In this document: piece by piece, positions 46,170 through 59,146 of the stretch
Layout of the letters: every line of letters starts with the position of its first letter
Position numbering within the stretch: the stretch's first letter is position 1
The notes under the pieces: model-generated
What the model saw: the letters and a program-made list of their open reading frames with translations, nothing else
The model's database searches: none
What the model was told of the DNA's origin: nothing
Made by a program: the position numbers and the translations under genes
Origin: Klebsormidium nitens
Lineage: Eukaryota > Plantae > Klebsormidiophyceae
Length of the DNA: 64,000 nt
Assembly: GCA_000708835.1 (NCBI GenBank)
Contig: DF236988.1
Location: 62,001-126,000 of the forward strand
Direction: 5' to 3'

Positions 46170-49100
46170 CTACGGCCCACCACCTATGCTCGTGCTAACG
46201 ACTCCTGGCGGCACAGACCCGCCGGTGCCTGTCGGACCCGTTCCCATTCCTGCACCACCGCTGCTCGAACCGGCAGCGAATGATTGCCTATTGCAGACCC
46301 CGCCTGTCAAGAAGGCCACAGGATGTCATTGTTTACGACAGTTCTTCTTTGCTCCTGGTGTCTTATCCGATCCACAAGATCGTCATATGGTGCGACTACA
46401 TACTCACGGAATCAAACTGTTCGGGTTTGACTTGCCATGATAGTCTCTTTGGTACAGTTTATTCATAGTAAGGAACGAAGGACGGACAGCACAGGTGTGA
46501 CGCAAGTGAGGACTTTGATAGTCAGCAGACACTCGAGCTCAAAAGTGGGCGTCGACACGTCGACTTTTTTGGAAAAAACCCCTTCTATCGAGTAGGCTCC
46601 CTCGTCGTACCAGAATGTGACCAGAGCATAGCTGCACCTTTGATCAGACGGCTTCTTTGCGGCTTTCAATCAGGCCGACTGACCCCTTGCCCTTCTTATC
46701 AGTCCGACACGAGCTTTCCGCAAATTACACAGGTCATGGCAAACAACCAACTTTTGACGCGCAGCTGCATTGAGAAGCATCCCTTCAATCAACGCACCTC
46801 TTCAGAAGGACTCACTTCAAAAGCTGAGCGATCAGATCTAGGTTTAGATTCCGGTGAACGCCCACAAAGCGTCAGCACTTCGTCAAGAATAGATGCACCC
46901 CTTCACTAGAAGGACTCACTTTAAAAGCTGAGCGATCAGATCCAGGTTTCGAATCCGGTGATTGCCCACAACCGTCAGCACTTCGCCAAGAAGGTAGAGG
47001 GAACGAGACGACGGCAAGATGTTCACGCATTCGCTGACGTCACAGACTCGAAAAGGAGCGCACCTTGGGGGAGAGCCGCGACCGGGATACTCGTCACCTG
47101 GCCCCCGTCTCTGATGCAGGTCCACCCCCCCGTGGCGTTACTGGTGCAGAGCAGACCCCCCGGCCCGGTGAAAGACAGCTGCCCGGGTGGGCCTGTACCG
47201 ACCACTGTTGTGGTGGTTCCGCCGGGCGTGAGGGTGGTCGGGGAACAGATACCTGGGGAATTAGACTGTCTGGTTTGGAGTTGGGTTGTGTGAAAAGGCG
47301 AAGGAATAAGCACCGGATCTTCTATGGAGTGACGGGGATTCGTGGCGGACTGAGAAAAAGTGGACGAAATTGTCATGGGAGCGCGAAACTGAAAGGTTAG
47401 ACGAGTTTCTACCCACATGAATCGTCCTGACGGATGAACAAAGATCGGGTGGGGAGGTAGGCTGGCACGCTCATTCGAAGTCGGGGCTCCCTGTGAGCAG
47501 GTCAGAATGGTCCGCAATGGGAGCAGCGTGGGCTTTCCTTATGGGTGTCCAGACGCGGGGATCAATCTTCGCTCCTGCTGTGCGCACGTAGTAAGGCAAT
47601 CAAATGAAATCGAGATCGAACAGAAGCCGACCGGTTCACAGCATAGATTGGAAGAATGGAAGCCCTTTGAGAAGCGGCCGCTGACTCGATTGGGGGTGAT
47701 GAGACGCCATTCAGTCGCACCCTTCTGTGGGGGCAAGGGTTTTAAAGTGTTCACGTGGGGAGCCTACAGACGCGTCATTGATTTGCGCCCTCATCACGTA
47801 TTTTTAAGCGGTAAAATCTGGATTAGAAGGCTGATGATTGCTAAGACTCCCCAACCGTTCAACGCTGAACAATCTAATTAATGACATACTAGCGTGCTTC
47901 GAACGGTCTTCAAAAGCTTTGCGGTAAAGCAGGGACACGGTGGACTGCCACGGACTGGAATGCTGGACCCGTTCAATGGCAGGGATCACGCGGCAGCCAA
48001 ACGGCCTTGAGAATATAACACAACGGAGGAGCACCAAGCTGGTCGGATGGATGTCAACGGAAAGTCGCACGCGAAGTTTGATCTCATCGATGTTTCAACA
48101 CAAATAAGAGTGAAGGCAATCCTTATGTACCGTAAGGAGGGCGACAAGACTCTGAGAGGGCTGATTTTGACAGTTCCCAGGGGACGGGATAAGAAAGACG
48201 GACACTTTCACGGCCTTTGGTGTTCTGGACCGTGATACATCCAACCCGAAATGGGATTCATTCGGGCTTCTTGACGCTCACCCGGTCGGTCTCGAGCGGT
48301 GAGGCACGTGCTGTGCGGCGACATTCGTCACACCGAAGACCCCTCATCCCTAAACAACGACCAGAATCTGAACACTCTGTTAAAATCAAATCCGCTTTTG
48401 ATGCCCACCTAGCGGGAGCGAAGCTACCGGTACTGTCATCACCGGGCTGCCGCCCTGCGTGCACGTCCAGACTCCGGCCGGGGCGGTCGTGGCACAGGAC
48501 AGGCCGTCCGGTGTCGTGAACGACAGCTGAGTGAAGCCGTTCACGGTGGATGACGTCACGGTGACGCCGCCCGCGGACGAGGCGACGCTGCTGCTGCTGC
48601 TGCTTACGCGGCTGTGCAGGGTTTGCGACGAGCCGAAGGCCGCGGCCGCGCCGCGCACCTGCATGGGATGCATTTCAGAATGATTCAAAATTTTGGTAAG
48701 TATCAAGGCTCTTGCTTGCGACGAATTGCAACCAGGAAGTAGCGGTCGAAGGTTTTTCCCTACCTACAAGAAGGGGCTCAAGGCTTCCTGGCTTTGAGGT
48801 GCGTCAAGGTTTCCTTCGACACTGTTGATCTCTTTGGATGCGTGTTTCGTCATTGCGATCTTCAGATCAGAGCTCCAGACTAGAACAATTTGCCCGACAC
48901 TCAAGAACAGAGGAGATGAAGCGGAATGGAAAAGAGGATATGTTTGCAGCCCTCGTGCAGCAGAGTCCTGGGTAAAGGAATTTTAAAAGAAGCTCTCAAG
49001 AACGTATCAAAGTTGAACCACATTCGGTTCCCTATCTCCACGTTGAGGTACTGCAAGAAGGATGAATCAGACGTTGCAGCCACTGTCGCTTCTAAGAGAA

Positions 49101-49598
49101 CGGTGGATTAGCTTCCATATCTTTGAAAAAAATTTCGGTGGATCTGTTTGTTTCGAAGGCTGGGGAGATGTTGCATTCAAAGCTACCTGAAGCAGATTCC
49201 AACATGCTGCGAGAGTGACAGTTCGCAGCCTTCATTCTTCAGAGCAGGTATTCGCAGCCTTTCTGGCAAATTCTGTTCTCCACCTCAAGAGCCTTATATT
49301 GCTCGAAACGGGCAGGCTTCATTATCCAGAAGCCATAGCATCTTTGTTTCTTGTGCATTGTCATCAGATAGCAGGGTCTGCTGAAAGAAACAGTCTTGCA
49401 ACAGCAACTCTCGTGGTGCACCGCTTTGACGGTCACCTTCGAGGAGTCAACGGAAGACTTCTCGAGAGAAACAAAATTCGGAGTCCCCGAAGCTGCAGCC
49501 TCACTGGACAAAACAGTGGAGCTTGTTACCTGCAAGTGGATGGTCGTCACTGTCATGAGCACAAACGCCAGCCCAGCGAGCGGCTTGAACGCCATCAT
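46170..49598 (-). CDS. Small secreted Gly/Ser/Thr-rich protein with two C-x7-G-x-W-T-C repeats, four exons
   Basis: Exons 49598-49530 (signal peptide MMAFKPLAGLAFVLMTVTTIHLQ), 48658-48409, 47252-47064 and 46303-46170. All junctions are GT-AG and in phase. Repeats: QLSFTTPDGLSCATTAPAGVWTCTQGGSPVMTVPVASLPLG and QLSFTGPGGLLCTSNATGGWTCIRDGGQVTSIPVAALPQG. Confidence 0.8.
46805..46992. repeat. Tandem duplication of about 104 bp in an intron
   Basis: agaaggactcactt(c/t)aaaagctgagcgatcagatc(t/c)aggttt..ccggtga..gcccacaa..cgtcagcacttcg.caagaa occurs at ~46805 and ~46909. Confidence 0.9.
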
Positions 49599-51753
49599 CG
49601 TCGCACCGAGCCTGGTCAGGTCCTGAAATTGGACAGCTTTTTCTGCTTAAGTCACAATCCACTCCGTCCTAAGCGTTTGCTCTAGCACCGAGCTTCGTTG
49701 CAGATTGCAGACTTCATCTACTCAAGCAAAGGAGCTCCAAAGGAGTCAACTTTTCTGTTCTTTCTTTCAAACGCTTCTTCCTGCATCGAAACAAGGCCTC
49801 CTACTAAGTCTTACGGCTTCTGGAGCACCCGTGTCGCATGGGCGCCATGCGTTGGGGTTGTCGATGGAACGAGCGGTCCTGCCAAGTCAAACCTGCGCAG
49901 TGGGCCACTGAAGCGGCTTCTGCTGTGAATGCTGAAGACCGCAGTCGAAGAGCGGGCTAATCTACTGTATTTTCCGTCATGCAGCCCTCATGCAGCGTCC
50001 GTCGATTAAGAGTTTCCTTCACTGCTCCGGCGCGGCTGTAGATAGAATGGACTTAGCGTTGACCCAAGTTGACCATTGACATGCAGACCCTTATTGAACG
50101 CGAAATCGAGGTGGAACAGACTCTCCACCTCTCGATGCCGCATCTCTCGTTTGATTCTGTGGTTATCCACTTCCTGTTTACTGTAAGAAGAGGAGGAAGT
50201 CGACCTACGGGTTCGATGCATGCAAGTTCGATCAGTGAGGTTTCTAGGCAAAACTCAGTGTGTGGTCAGCATGGCGCTGCATGGACCCCGCAACTTCAAG
50301 TTCGGAAATGCCGATGGAAAGCTCGCCAACATGCAGTGGCGTGCATACTCCGGGAACGTAGAGACATAGACCAGGGCCCAATTCGTAAGGCCCACACCTT
50401 GTCCATACATGATTCTATATTGTCTTCGCCTTGTGCTGCGGTCCACTCTGCAGGCGGCATGATTGACCATGCATCATTCAGTAGATTCAAATGTTAAAAA
50501 ACACTTAAATGCATCCACCAGCTCAAAGCCGGCCCGGGGTTTGAAGCTCTTTGTTTTACAGACCATTCAGAGGTTTATCCCGAAGACTCCATACGTAACC
50601 CTGATGTCTGCATGATCGAGTCCGTGTATGTGGGCTCATTGAGTGAGCTATAGCCATATGCAGCCGCAACCACACACACGTTGAGTTGACCACGGCAGAA
50701 TGCAATCATTCATTCATTGACGCACTTCAGAGCCACCCGACCTCGTATGAATCTAGATCTGGCCCATCTGCCAAACCTCAGTCTATCTTCGTACATAGAA
50801 CTTTGTCAAGGAAATTACTATTGCAGCTTGCGCCTAATGATCCATGTCTTGTGCACCCTAGACCCTTCAAATATAATGGCCAAAACATGTACTTTTCATG
50901 GTTACATACTGAGTCCTATGCCTGCTTCCCTCATTGAGTCCTATCGTCCAATCTAATCCTAGACTTACTACTTGACAACCGTGACCATCATGGCTGTATT
51001 TCACGATTATCAAACCGTTCGAATCACTTTCTTGTACAACCTGCAGGTTTCTGGGGTAATCTCGTTTCTGGACTCGCTGCAACTAAAACGGTCACTATGT
51101 AGCGCAGTCTGTGTTATGTTTCCTGCTTCGACCGTACCACAGCTTTGGAAAGGAAGGCGTTTCAAGGTCTTCTTCGTATAGACATTATCTAAACAAATCT
51201 GGGCTGTTGGGTTACAGAATCCAATGATTGCGATTCAGAAACTCGAGCTCAGCCCCCTAACATGCTCACGAGCGCAATGATTTCGAAGGAGAACGACCTA
51301 TGACGAGTAGATGTAACAGTTGCCACTTCATGCTCCCATTCACGAAAAGAGTCTGCTCTAGATGAACGAAAGAGCCATGTAGTTGCCCACTTTACGCGTT
51401 GCTGCAAAGGCTGCTAGAGTCCTAGGTCGGCCATATGTACAGAAGATCTCGAACAGTTGGTCTTGCACCTTCACTGCAAAGATATAGCAAATCAGATGAA
51501 GCTGCATGGCGGATGTACTGGTACAATAGACGACGCCACTCTTTGCGGATTCTGAGAAAAGACACATGACATCGAATTCTTTCAAATCCGAACCCGAGAA
51601 GGACAGATAAGGACAGACTCCTGCAAGCGACCATGGTATACTCAATTGCTATGGCGAAATTGCAATACCTGACAAACTTGTTGAAGGGCAAATGCACACT
51701 TTTAATGGCAGGTAATGGCGAGAAAGCTCTCAGCCATGCTCACCTTATCAGGC

Positions 51754-53271
51754 TCACTTTCCGGGAACTTTCTTCGGCTTAACGGTCTTGCAAACGATCT
51801 TGTGTGTTGGCCAATGCTTCTTCTGGCAGTCCTCGCAGCAAAAGAGGCTCTTACGTAAGCGGTAATCTAAGCAACAAAGCACTGTTCCACAATCACATCT
51901 TGATATGACATGTTGACAGTGTTGCGCATCGTACTTCACCTCCAAGCTTTTGATACGGGTTGCCGAAGGACTCCTCCAAATGATCATTTGCAGCAATGAC
52001 CACGATATGGTGCGTTGGCCCCGCCTTTGATATTGACTCACCTGCAGTAAGCAGCTTGCAGACACTTGCTACATCTCCGCAACTTCTTTTCACTCGTTTC
52101 CGTTGCGGAGCACCCCCCCAATGAACACTTTCTAGCAGGCGCGCGAAAGTGCTCCACATTGACGCCAGCCTCTTTAAAGCAATCTGCCTGCGCACCAGTG
52201 TCTCCCTTTTTGGGGAGCGTGTATATGCCGTGGTTCACACCCAACTTTGGCATGCCCCTCAACTGTCCTATTCTTCGTGATCCACTGCCTTGAAGAAGGG
52301 CAGCACAGGCCTCTCTCTTGGTGTCGTCCGCCTCAATCGTTTTAGCTAGCGAGTCTGCCAGCTAGCGAGTCTGCCGCAGCGGCAAGGTACGTATCCGGTA
52401 CAGACGAAGTAATCAAGATGGCGTCCTCAAGCACCTTGGGGGTAGCCGCTAATTTCAATCTCAACTCTCCATTCTGCTTCCCAAGGGAGGCTAGAACATG
52501 GCAGCTTGTGAGAAGGTAATCCGGCTTGGTAGACTCATGCAGCACCAACGCTGCGAAGGGGATCACGCAGGCTAGCTCCCCTACATCACATCTAAGAGCG
52601 GTGGTGCTTCCACTGCCCAAGCAGTTCTTGAGCAGGATCAAAATGGACCGAACGTCCTTCTCCGTGTCGGTCTCCCTCAGAAGTTTCATCTCCCAAAGCT
52701 TCATCATACGCGGAATCACTTTCCCCCCTGCCACAATCTGGTCCCTAATATCGGCAGTGCCCAGAGCATCAAAAGATGTCAAGCAGGTTAGCGCTTTGCA
52801 GGCTGCCATTTGCACCTCCAAAAACTTCTTCGCTCTCTTCTCGCTAGTCTTTGAGAAGGCCTTCTCCTCCAGAACCTTCACCACATCCGGGAACTGCCGC
52901 AAGACAGCCTTCACCGTCCTTGGATCCCTCGCCGTGTAGACCAAGATGCCCACAAGCCAGTAGAAGTCACTGAAGACAGGCAGCGTGGTTCTGAACAGCT
53001 CTGGCTCCTGCAGGTTGCGAAGCTTGTCCCGTACTGCCACAAGGAGCCCCCTTTCTAGACAGTACAGACTCATGTTGACCAGGCCTGGTGTCTTCAGCGT
53101 TCGCAGGGCGACGTCCTGGGCACCTACATAATCGAAGAGGGCCATCATGCTGACCTTTGGGTCAGGAGATGCAACGTTGGTGCAGATTCTGTCAAGATGT
53201 GCTCTGTCTTTGGCATTGTCCAGGTCCATTCGCACGGCCCCCATCATGGCCTCCATTCTGCCCCAAGTCAC
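51754..53271 (-). pseudogene. Disrupted gene: helical (ARM-like) N-terminal region plus C-terminal MYND zinc finger
   Basis: MYND motif CSLGGCSATETSEKKLRRCSKCLQAAYCS|EDCQKKHWPTHKIVC. A 16-bp tandem duplication (agctagcgagtctgcc x2, 52344-52375) shifts the frame and creates the stop at 52342. The last-exon acceptor reads TG instead of AG (~51837-51838). Confidence 0.75.
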
Positions 53272-53962
53272 TGGCTGGAATTAAAATCAAGAAGACATGC
53301 GCGGTTGCTTCTCATCAGACCGCAACAACTTGGACTGAGGCCGTGAGGCTGAGGGACTTGCCAAGCGTCGCCATTAGTCCCTCTCCCCCCCCTCTCCCCA
53401 TAGAACTTTCTCTGTGTCTGAAATGCGGGCAGCAAACGGGCTTACAAAATCCCTTCGTGATTGTTCCTGTGCAGTACCAGTAGGTGTTCAAAATATTCTC
53501 AATACTTGTTTTATATATTACCTATTTGCTGTCATCATCTGTCGTTGTATCATCGTACAGCTCCAATGTCCGCCGGTTGCAACTCATGCCCCGGGTCTTA
53601 GAATTCACGAATCATCGGCCTATTAAGCCTTCACCGGTGATATCAGCCGATCATACGTATAAGTAAGCGGTTCTGTAGATAAGAGCTGTAGAATACGATA
53701 CCGGTACTCAGAAAAAACTTCGGTGAATGCCCATTTTCACGGTGCCATGCAGCAGTTTCACTTCTGTTGAAAAGTCGAGTCTTGACTCCAGAGAGACTTC
53801 CGGCCTCGAGAACTGGGAAGAAGGGCGGCTGTCTGGCAGTGGTGGCACCACCATTGGCATAGGGCCCGGGGGCAGGGAGGTTTATTGACACTCTTCCACT
53901 CGTGTGCAGTCTCTTGCATCCAACCTCTTCATACTGCCCACTTTCTGCATGTTGCAGCAGCA

Positions 53963-56900
53963 ATGACGTCGTCAAGCGGAGGAGCGAGCGCGGACCCGAA
54001 GACGGCCCCCTTCCCTGTCGAAGATATTGTGCAGCACCCGCTCCCGGGCTACATAGCACCTGTCTCCGTGTCTTTCAGTCCAGACGACAAGCTCATCTCC
54101 TTTCTCTACAGCCCCACCGGCACGCTTAGCCGGAAACTGTTTGCTTATGACCCTCAAACCCGGCAACAGAAGGTGCTTGTTTCGCCACCAGGGACGGGGG
54201 TTGACGAGGGGAATATATCGACGGAAGAGAAGCTAAGAAGAGAACGGTTGCGCGAGCGGGGTTTGGGTATTACACGGTATGAATGGGCGAAGGGCGGGGC
54301 GGTGCCAAGAATACTGGTGCCCTTGCCTGGGGGGGTGAGTGGTGGAGGTCAAAGGTTTATCATCTGAGACTGTCCTGTTTTCAAAGTGGGGTTTGTTAGA
54401 TTCGGTTTTGCTGCAAAAACGGAGGATTCATCGCCTTTGCTTGTCTTGGTAGGCGTGTCTTTTTTTTTGCCATCTTTGAATATTGCATAAGCAAACGATG
54501 TTGTACCTGATGATAGAAGGGGTGGTGAAAGGCTCTGCTTGCTTAAGGACCTTAACTTGGAAGGTTGTCCGCAATGAGTATAGGGTTACTCGGGTTTTGT
54601 TGAACATCCGACTTCAGAAATTGCACCTTGATGTTCTTCACTTTAAAGCAGGGGCCACCTTTGCACAGCATTTTGTAGCGAAGCGATCGTCTTTGTTTCT
54701 GTGTGGTTGTCCTAGCCATCGTAGAGGAGGGTCATGGTTTACCCAGGATTCATAATTGTAACATTTGATAGACATGTGCCAGCTCACTCAGGACTTTTGG
54801 TAGACTTCTTTGTTCAGAATGTCTCTGCAAAAGGCTCTAGGTGCAACAAGTTCTCGGTTCAGCATATTTTGCTCTAATTGCACCAATGGAAAAGAAGGCA
54901 ATGATGCACAGATCTTTATGTTGGCAGTTTCTACTTTTGTACTTCGACGTTGGTCAAATCAAGCCAGTCCAAAAGCTTCTTCACCCTGTCGAAATTTTTG
55001 ACACTTTCAGGTCGCAAACTTTTTGACTTGACCAACTGGGCCACGGTATGAAGTGGCTTCGTTTGCCTTTGTTTTGGGGAGGAAAGGTCGAGATGATTAG
55101 GTGTTACGTCTCAGGTCTACGTCCAAGACGGTCCTGGGGCGGAGCCTCGATTACGGGTCCCCAGCGCACCAGGGGCTCCCATTCTGGACCCCCAGCTGTC
55201 GCCGGACGGCACCATGTTGGCGTACGTACAGTCCGACGAGCTCTTTGTGACGCCGGCCACGTCGGGGGAGGCACAGCAGCTGACGTTCGGAGCCGGGGGG
55301 CAAGGAAAGGTGAGCTCTTGATTGGTCGACTGTCTTTTGAGGTTTGTCAGAGTGACCAGGTCAGCAAATCCAGCTTCTGAAAAGTATTTCTTTGATGATG
55401 GTGGAGCTTGTAGTGGTGTGCCCAAATGATCGTAGAAAAGACGCTGACCAGTAAAGCATACTTATGTGATGGATTAATGTGACGTCAGTAATAGCGGAAA
55501 AACGGTCTTCGATGAGCTCTTAGCCATGTTTTGGGGCTTCAAGTGCGTTGGCAGGGTTAGCAATTCAAGCGGGGACCAGTGGACTTGCTTGACCTCCGTA
55601 CTTATGTCTTATCTGTAGACCATCTCAAATCCTGTATGCGTAAGAGGGCATGAAGTTTAATGAAGGACAGCTTCTTTTCATGCCTGGGTTTTCTCTGTCG
55701 CCTATAACCTAAGAGGATATCGTTCAGATAAGATGCCCGGGAAAGACCGTGACGCACTTTGTCGTGCTGCGTCCTTGGTATGGGGGAATCGTTTTGACAA
55801 AGACATGCAAAGCAATAAGCGTCAAAGCCCCAGACGCTGTTGTAGTAGAGTTTAGCACCTAGGAGGAGGGTAGCGTCAAGAGACTTGGCTCAATATGCTC
55901 GTGTGATCGCAATCCAAGTAAATCTGGTTCGCCGCATTGCTGGGAGCAAGTCAGCGCGTCCTAGCAGAGTGCAGCACTCAGGGGAAGGTGAGTCTTGTCA
56001 AAGACCCCCCTGGATTTCGCTCTTGTGACTGCATTCCAAGCACTCGGAACAGCTGATCCGACTCCTCTTCGTGTCTTCTCCAGACGCACGGTCTAGCAGA
56101 GTACATCGCTCAAGAGGAGATGGAGCGCCGTACGGGCTTCTGGTGGTCGCCTGACAGCAGCATGATTGCTTTTACCGAGGTCGACTCTTCGGACGTGCCC
56201 GAATTCCGAATCATGCACCAGGGGAAGGCTGCGGTTGGGCCGGAGGCGGAGGAAAACCACGCATACCCGTTTGCTGGTGAGTAGGGCTTGAATTTAATGG
56301 CTTTTTTAAAGCTACGAGTCTCGATAAAGAATATACGTTAAAGATTTCACTTCCAAAGTATTTGACATACCGGCACCCCTTTTTGATCAGACGGCGTTGA
56401 CATGCTAGCTTCAACGCAGTAGTCAGTTGCAAGAGACGCAGAAGTACCAGCCTATTTTTGATTTGACAATGAGCTTGCGGTGGTAGTGATGTCGAGAACA
56501 CCGGTCAGCAGTGGAGTTGTTTCCTGGTTCATATCCCAGGCTGGTTGAGATTCAATAGCCCTTTTCGCTTCTCAGTGGACCATTCGCTTGGTGATACCGA
56601 CGGTCAGTCTGTTTTCCCTCACGTTTGTGCCTTCGTGACGATGCTCCATACGTATTAACATACCGGCACGCCTTTCCCTCACCCTGCCATTGCGGCGCAG
56701 GGCACAACAACGTGCGCGTGCGGCTGGGGGTGATCCCCGCGGCAGGGGGTGACGTCACCTGGATGGACTTGCACTGTGGGCAGGGGGGCCCGAAGCACGC
56801 GGACGAGGAGTACTTCGGACGGTGTACGTGGCTGCCGGACAAGAGCCTGGCGGTGCAGGTCGAGAACCGGCGGCAGACCAAGCTGCAACTGCTCAAGTTT

Positions 56901-59146
56901 GATCCAGCCACCGGTGAGGAGGACTCGTTTCTTTGGATAGAGCAGTTGTGGGCGCCAGCCCAAGGTGCGAATGCAAGGGCAGGATTCCAGCTTAGAAAGG
57001 AGCATTAACCCCACTCAGGGCATCCGATGGGGCAACTTTGAAAGGGGAACTTTTGTGCTTCATTTTGCGGCTCCTCCTTGCTGACGTCAGGAGCTGCCTG
57101 TCCGCAGAAGGTCGCGGTCTCGTTAAGGGGGTCCGTCTTTTCTAGAGACGGTTGGACACCCCCTGTTGAGGACTGTACTCCACCGGTTTGCGGTACTGTC
57201 TACTTGACAGTGGTTCTGGTCTCTCGGCTTGTTTTGTTTCCTGTCGCATCCACTTCGCTCGTCTAAAACGAGGACACAAACATTGGGCGTAAAGCGCCAA
57301 TGCATGCACCCCAGCTCCGTGTTTCATTCCCCATCCCTCTACCCCCAGGCAAACAGGAGCTGCTGCTGACGGAAGAGAACGGCACGTGGATCAACCTGAA
57401 CGACTGCTTCACCACCCTGCACAAGGGCGCCGGCCAGCTGCGGGGGGGCTTCCTCTGGGCCAGCGAGCGAACCGGCTTCCGCCACCTGTACCTATACGAC
57501 GCGAAAGGCGGGCTCATTTCGCAACTTACCGGGGGGGACTGGCTCGTCGAAGCGGTGGCCGGGGTAGACGAAACCAAGGGCCTGGTTTACTTCACCGGGA
57601 CCCTCGACTCCCCCCTCGAAACGCATCTGTACGTGGTGAAGCTCGGCGCCGACTCCGCCCCCGGGGGATCCCCCCGGGCGCCCCGGCGGCTCACGCAGGG
57701 GCGGGGCCGGCACGCCGTCGTCCTAGACCACCAGTTGCAGCGCTTCGTCGACTTGCACGATTCGCTCGAGACGCCCCCCCGAGTGGCGCTGTGTTCCCTG
57801 CAAGACGGCCGGTTGATACAGCCCATATTCGAGCAGCCGGAACCGATCGAGCGCGTGCGGAAACTGAACCTGATCCCCCCGGAGATTGTGCAAATCCCGG
57901 GGGCCGACGGGACGCCGCTCTATGGCGCGGTCTACCGCCCGGATCCCCGGTTGCACGGCCCGCCCCCTTACCGGACGGTCGCGAGCGTGTACGGGGGCCC
58001 GCACGTCCAGATTGTGAGCGACAGCTGGATGACGACCGTCGACATGCGCGCGCAGTACCTGCGGAGCCGGGGGATCCTGGTTTGGAAGGTAAGAGATTGT
58101 AACGAATGTTGTGGGATTTCTGGGGAGTTGCTTGAATTTCTTTGAGGGTTCCAGTTGTGGCAGAGGAGACCTCAAGAGCGCCGAGATAATCAACGTGAGC
58201 TTTGGCAAAACATGGGGCTTCCAACGAAAATCCAATTTTCGTCAGTACTTCTGTTGGGAAGGAGGGGACATCAGATCTAACGCTACGGAAACCAAGGTTC
58301 CGAGAACAGAGAGTGGCTGGGCGTGCTTCAGGAACGGGTCTCGAAAACTTGTATAAGATCAGGGCCCACTTCTTATGCAGATGCGAAAGATGGGGAGAGG
58401 CCTGGGAGTTGCGCAATTGACTAGCTCTCCTGGTGCCCCTCGTCTGTCTGTTCTTGCTTGAGCGTGACCCTGACTCTTTCGAAAGTCGATTCGAGCGCTG
58501 TTTTACTACGGTCCTGGACGTTACCTAAGTGTGAACCGGGCCGCATGTTTATTCAAAGCCATTATTCAGCGATCAATATCGACCTTTTTCGCAGTTGGAC
58601 AACCGGGGTAGTTCTCGGCGGGGCCTCGCCTTCGAGGGCGCGATCAAGCACCGGATGGGGTCCATCGACGTAGACGACCAGGTGGCGGGCGTTCATTGGC
58701 TCGTCTCGCAAGGCCTGGCCGACTCAGAACGGGTCGGCATTTACGGGTGGAGTTACGGGGGGTACATGGCGGCGATGTCGCTCGCAAAGCACCCCGAGGT
58801 GTTCAAAGCGGCGGTGGCCGGTGCGCCGGTCACCGCTTGGGACGGGTACGATACGCATTACACGGAACGGTATATGGGCCATCCGTCCGAATATAAGGAC
58901 GCGTACGAAGCGAGCTCGGTGATGAGCCACGTCGAATCGATGAGGGGGAGGTTGATGCTCGTGCATGGCATGATAGATGAGAACGTGCACTTCCGGCATA
59001 CGGCGCGCTTGATCAACGCGCTGAACGCCGCCGCGAAAGACTACGAGCTGCTCGTGTTCCCGGACGAGCGACACATGCCTCGGGGGCTTAAGGATAGGAT
59101 ACACATGGAAGAGAGGATATTTAACTTCCTGCAACGAAACCTGTAA
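53963..59146 (+). CDS. DPP4: Dipeptidyl peptidase IV family protein (S9B; DPPIV_N beta-propeller + Peptidase_S9)
   Basis: Exons near 53963-54334, 55095-55308, 56085-56277, 56699-56915, 57348-58088, 58593-59146. Motifs [46 protein letters not shown], catalytic [16 protein letters not shown] and FPDERHMPR. Confidence 0.95.

Noticed and set aside
49700-51700. Short ORFs between the secreted-protein gene and the MYND gene
   Set aside because: No family motif or coherent splice chain found.
57386-58416. Long overlapping ORFs (238 aa +, 241 aa -, 170 aa -)
   Set aside because: Alternative frames or antisense of the GC-rich DPP4 exon.
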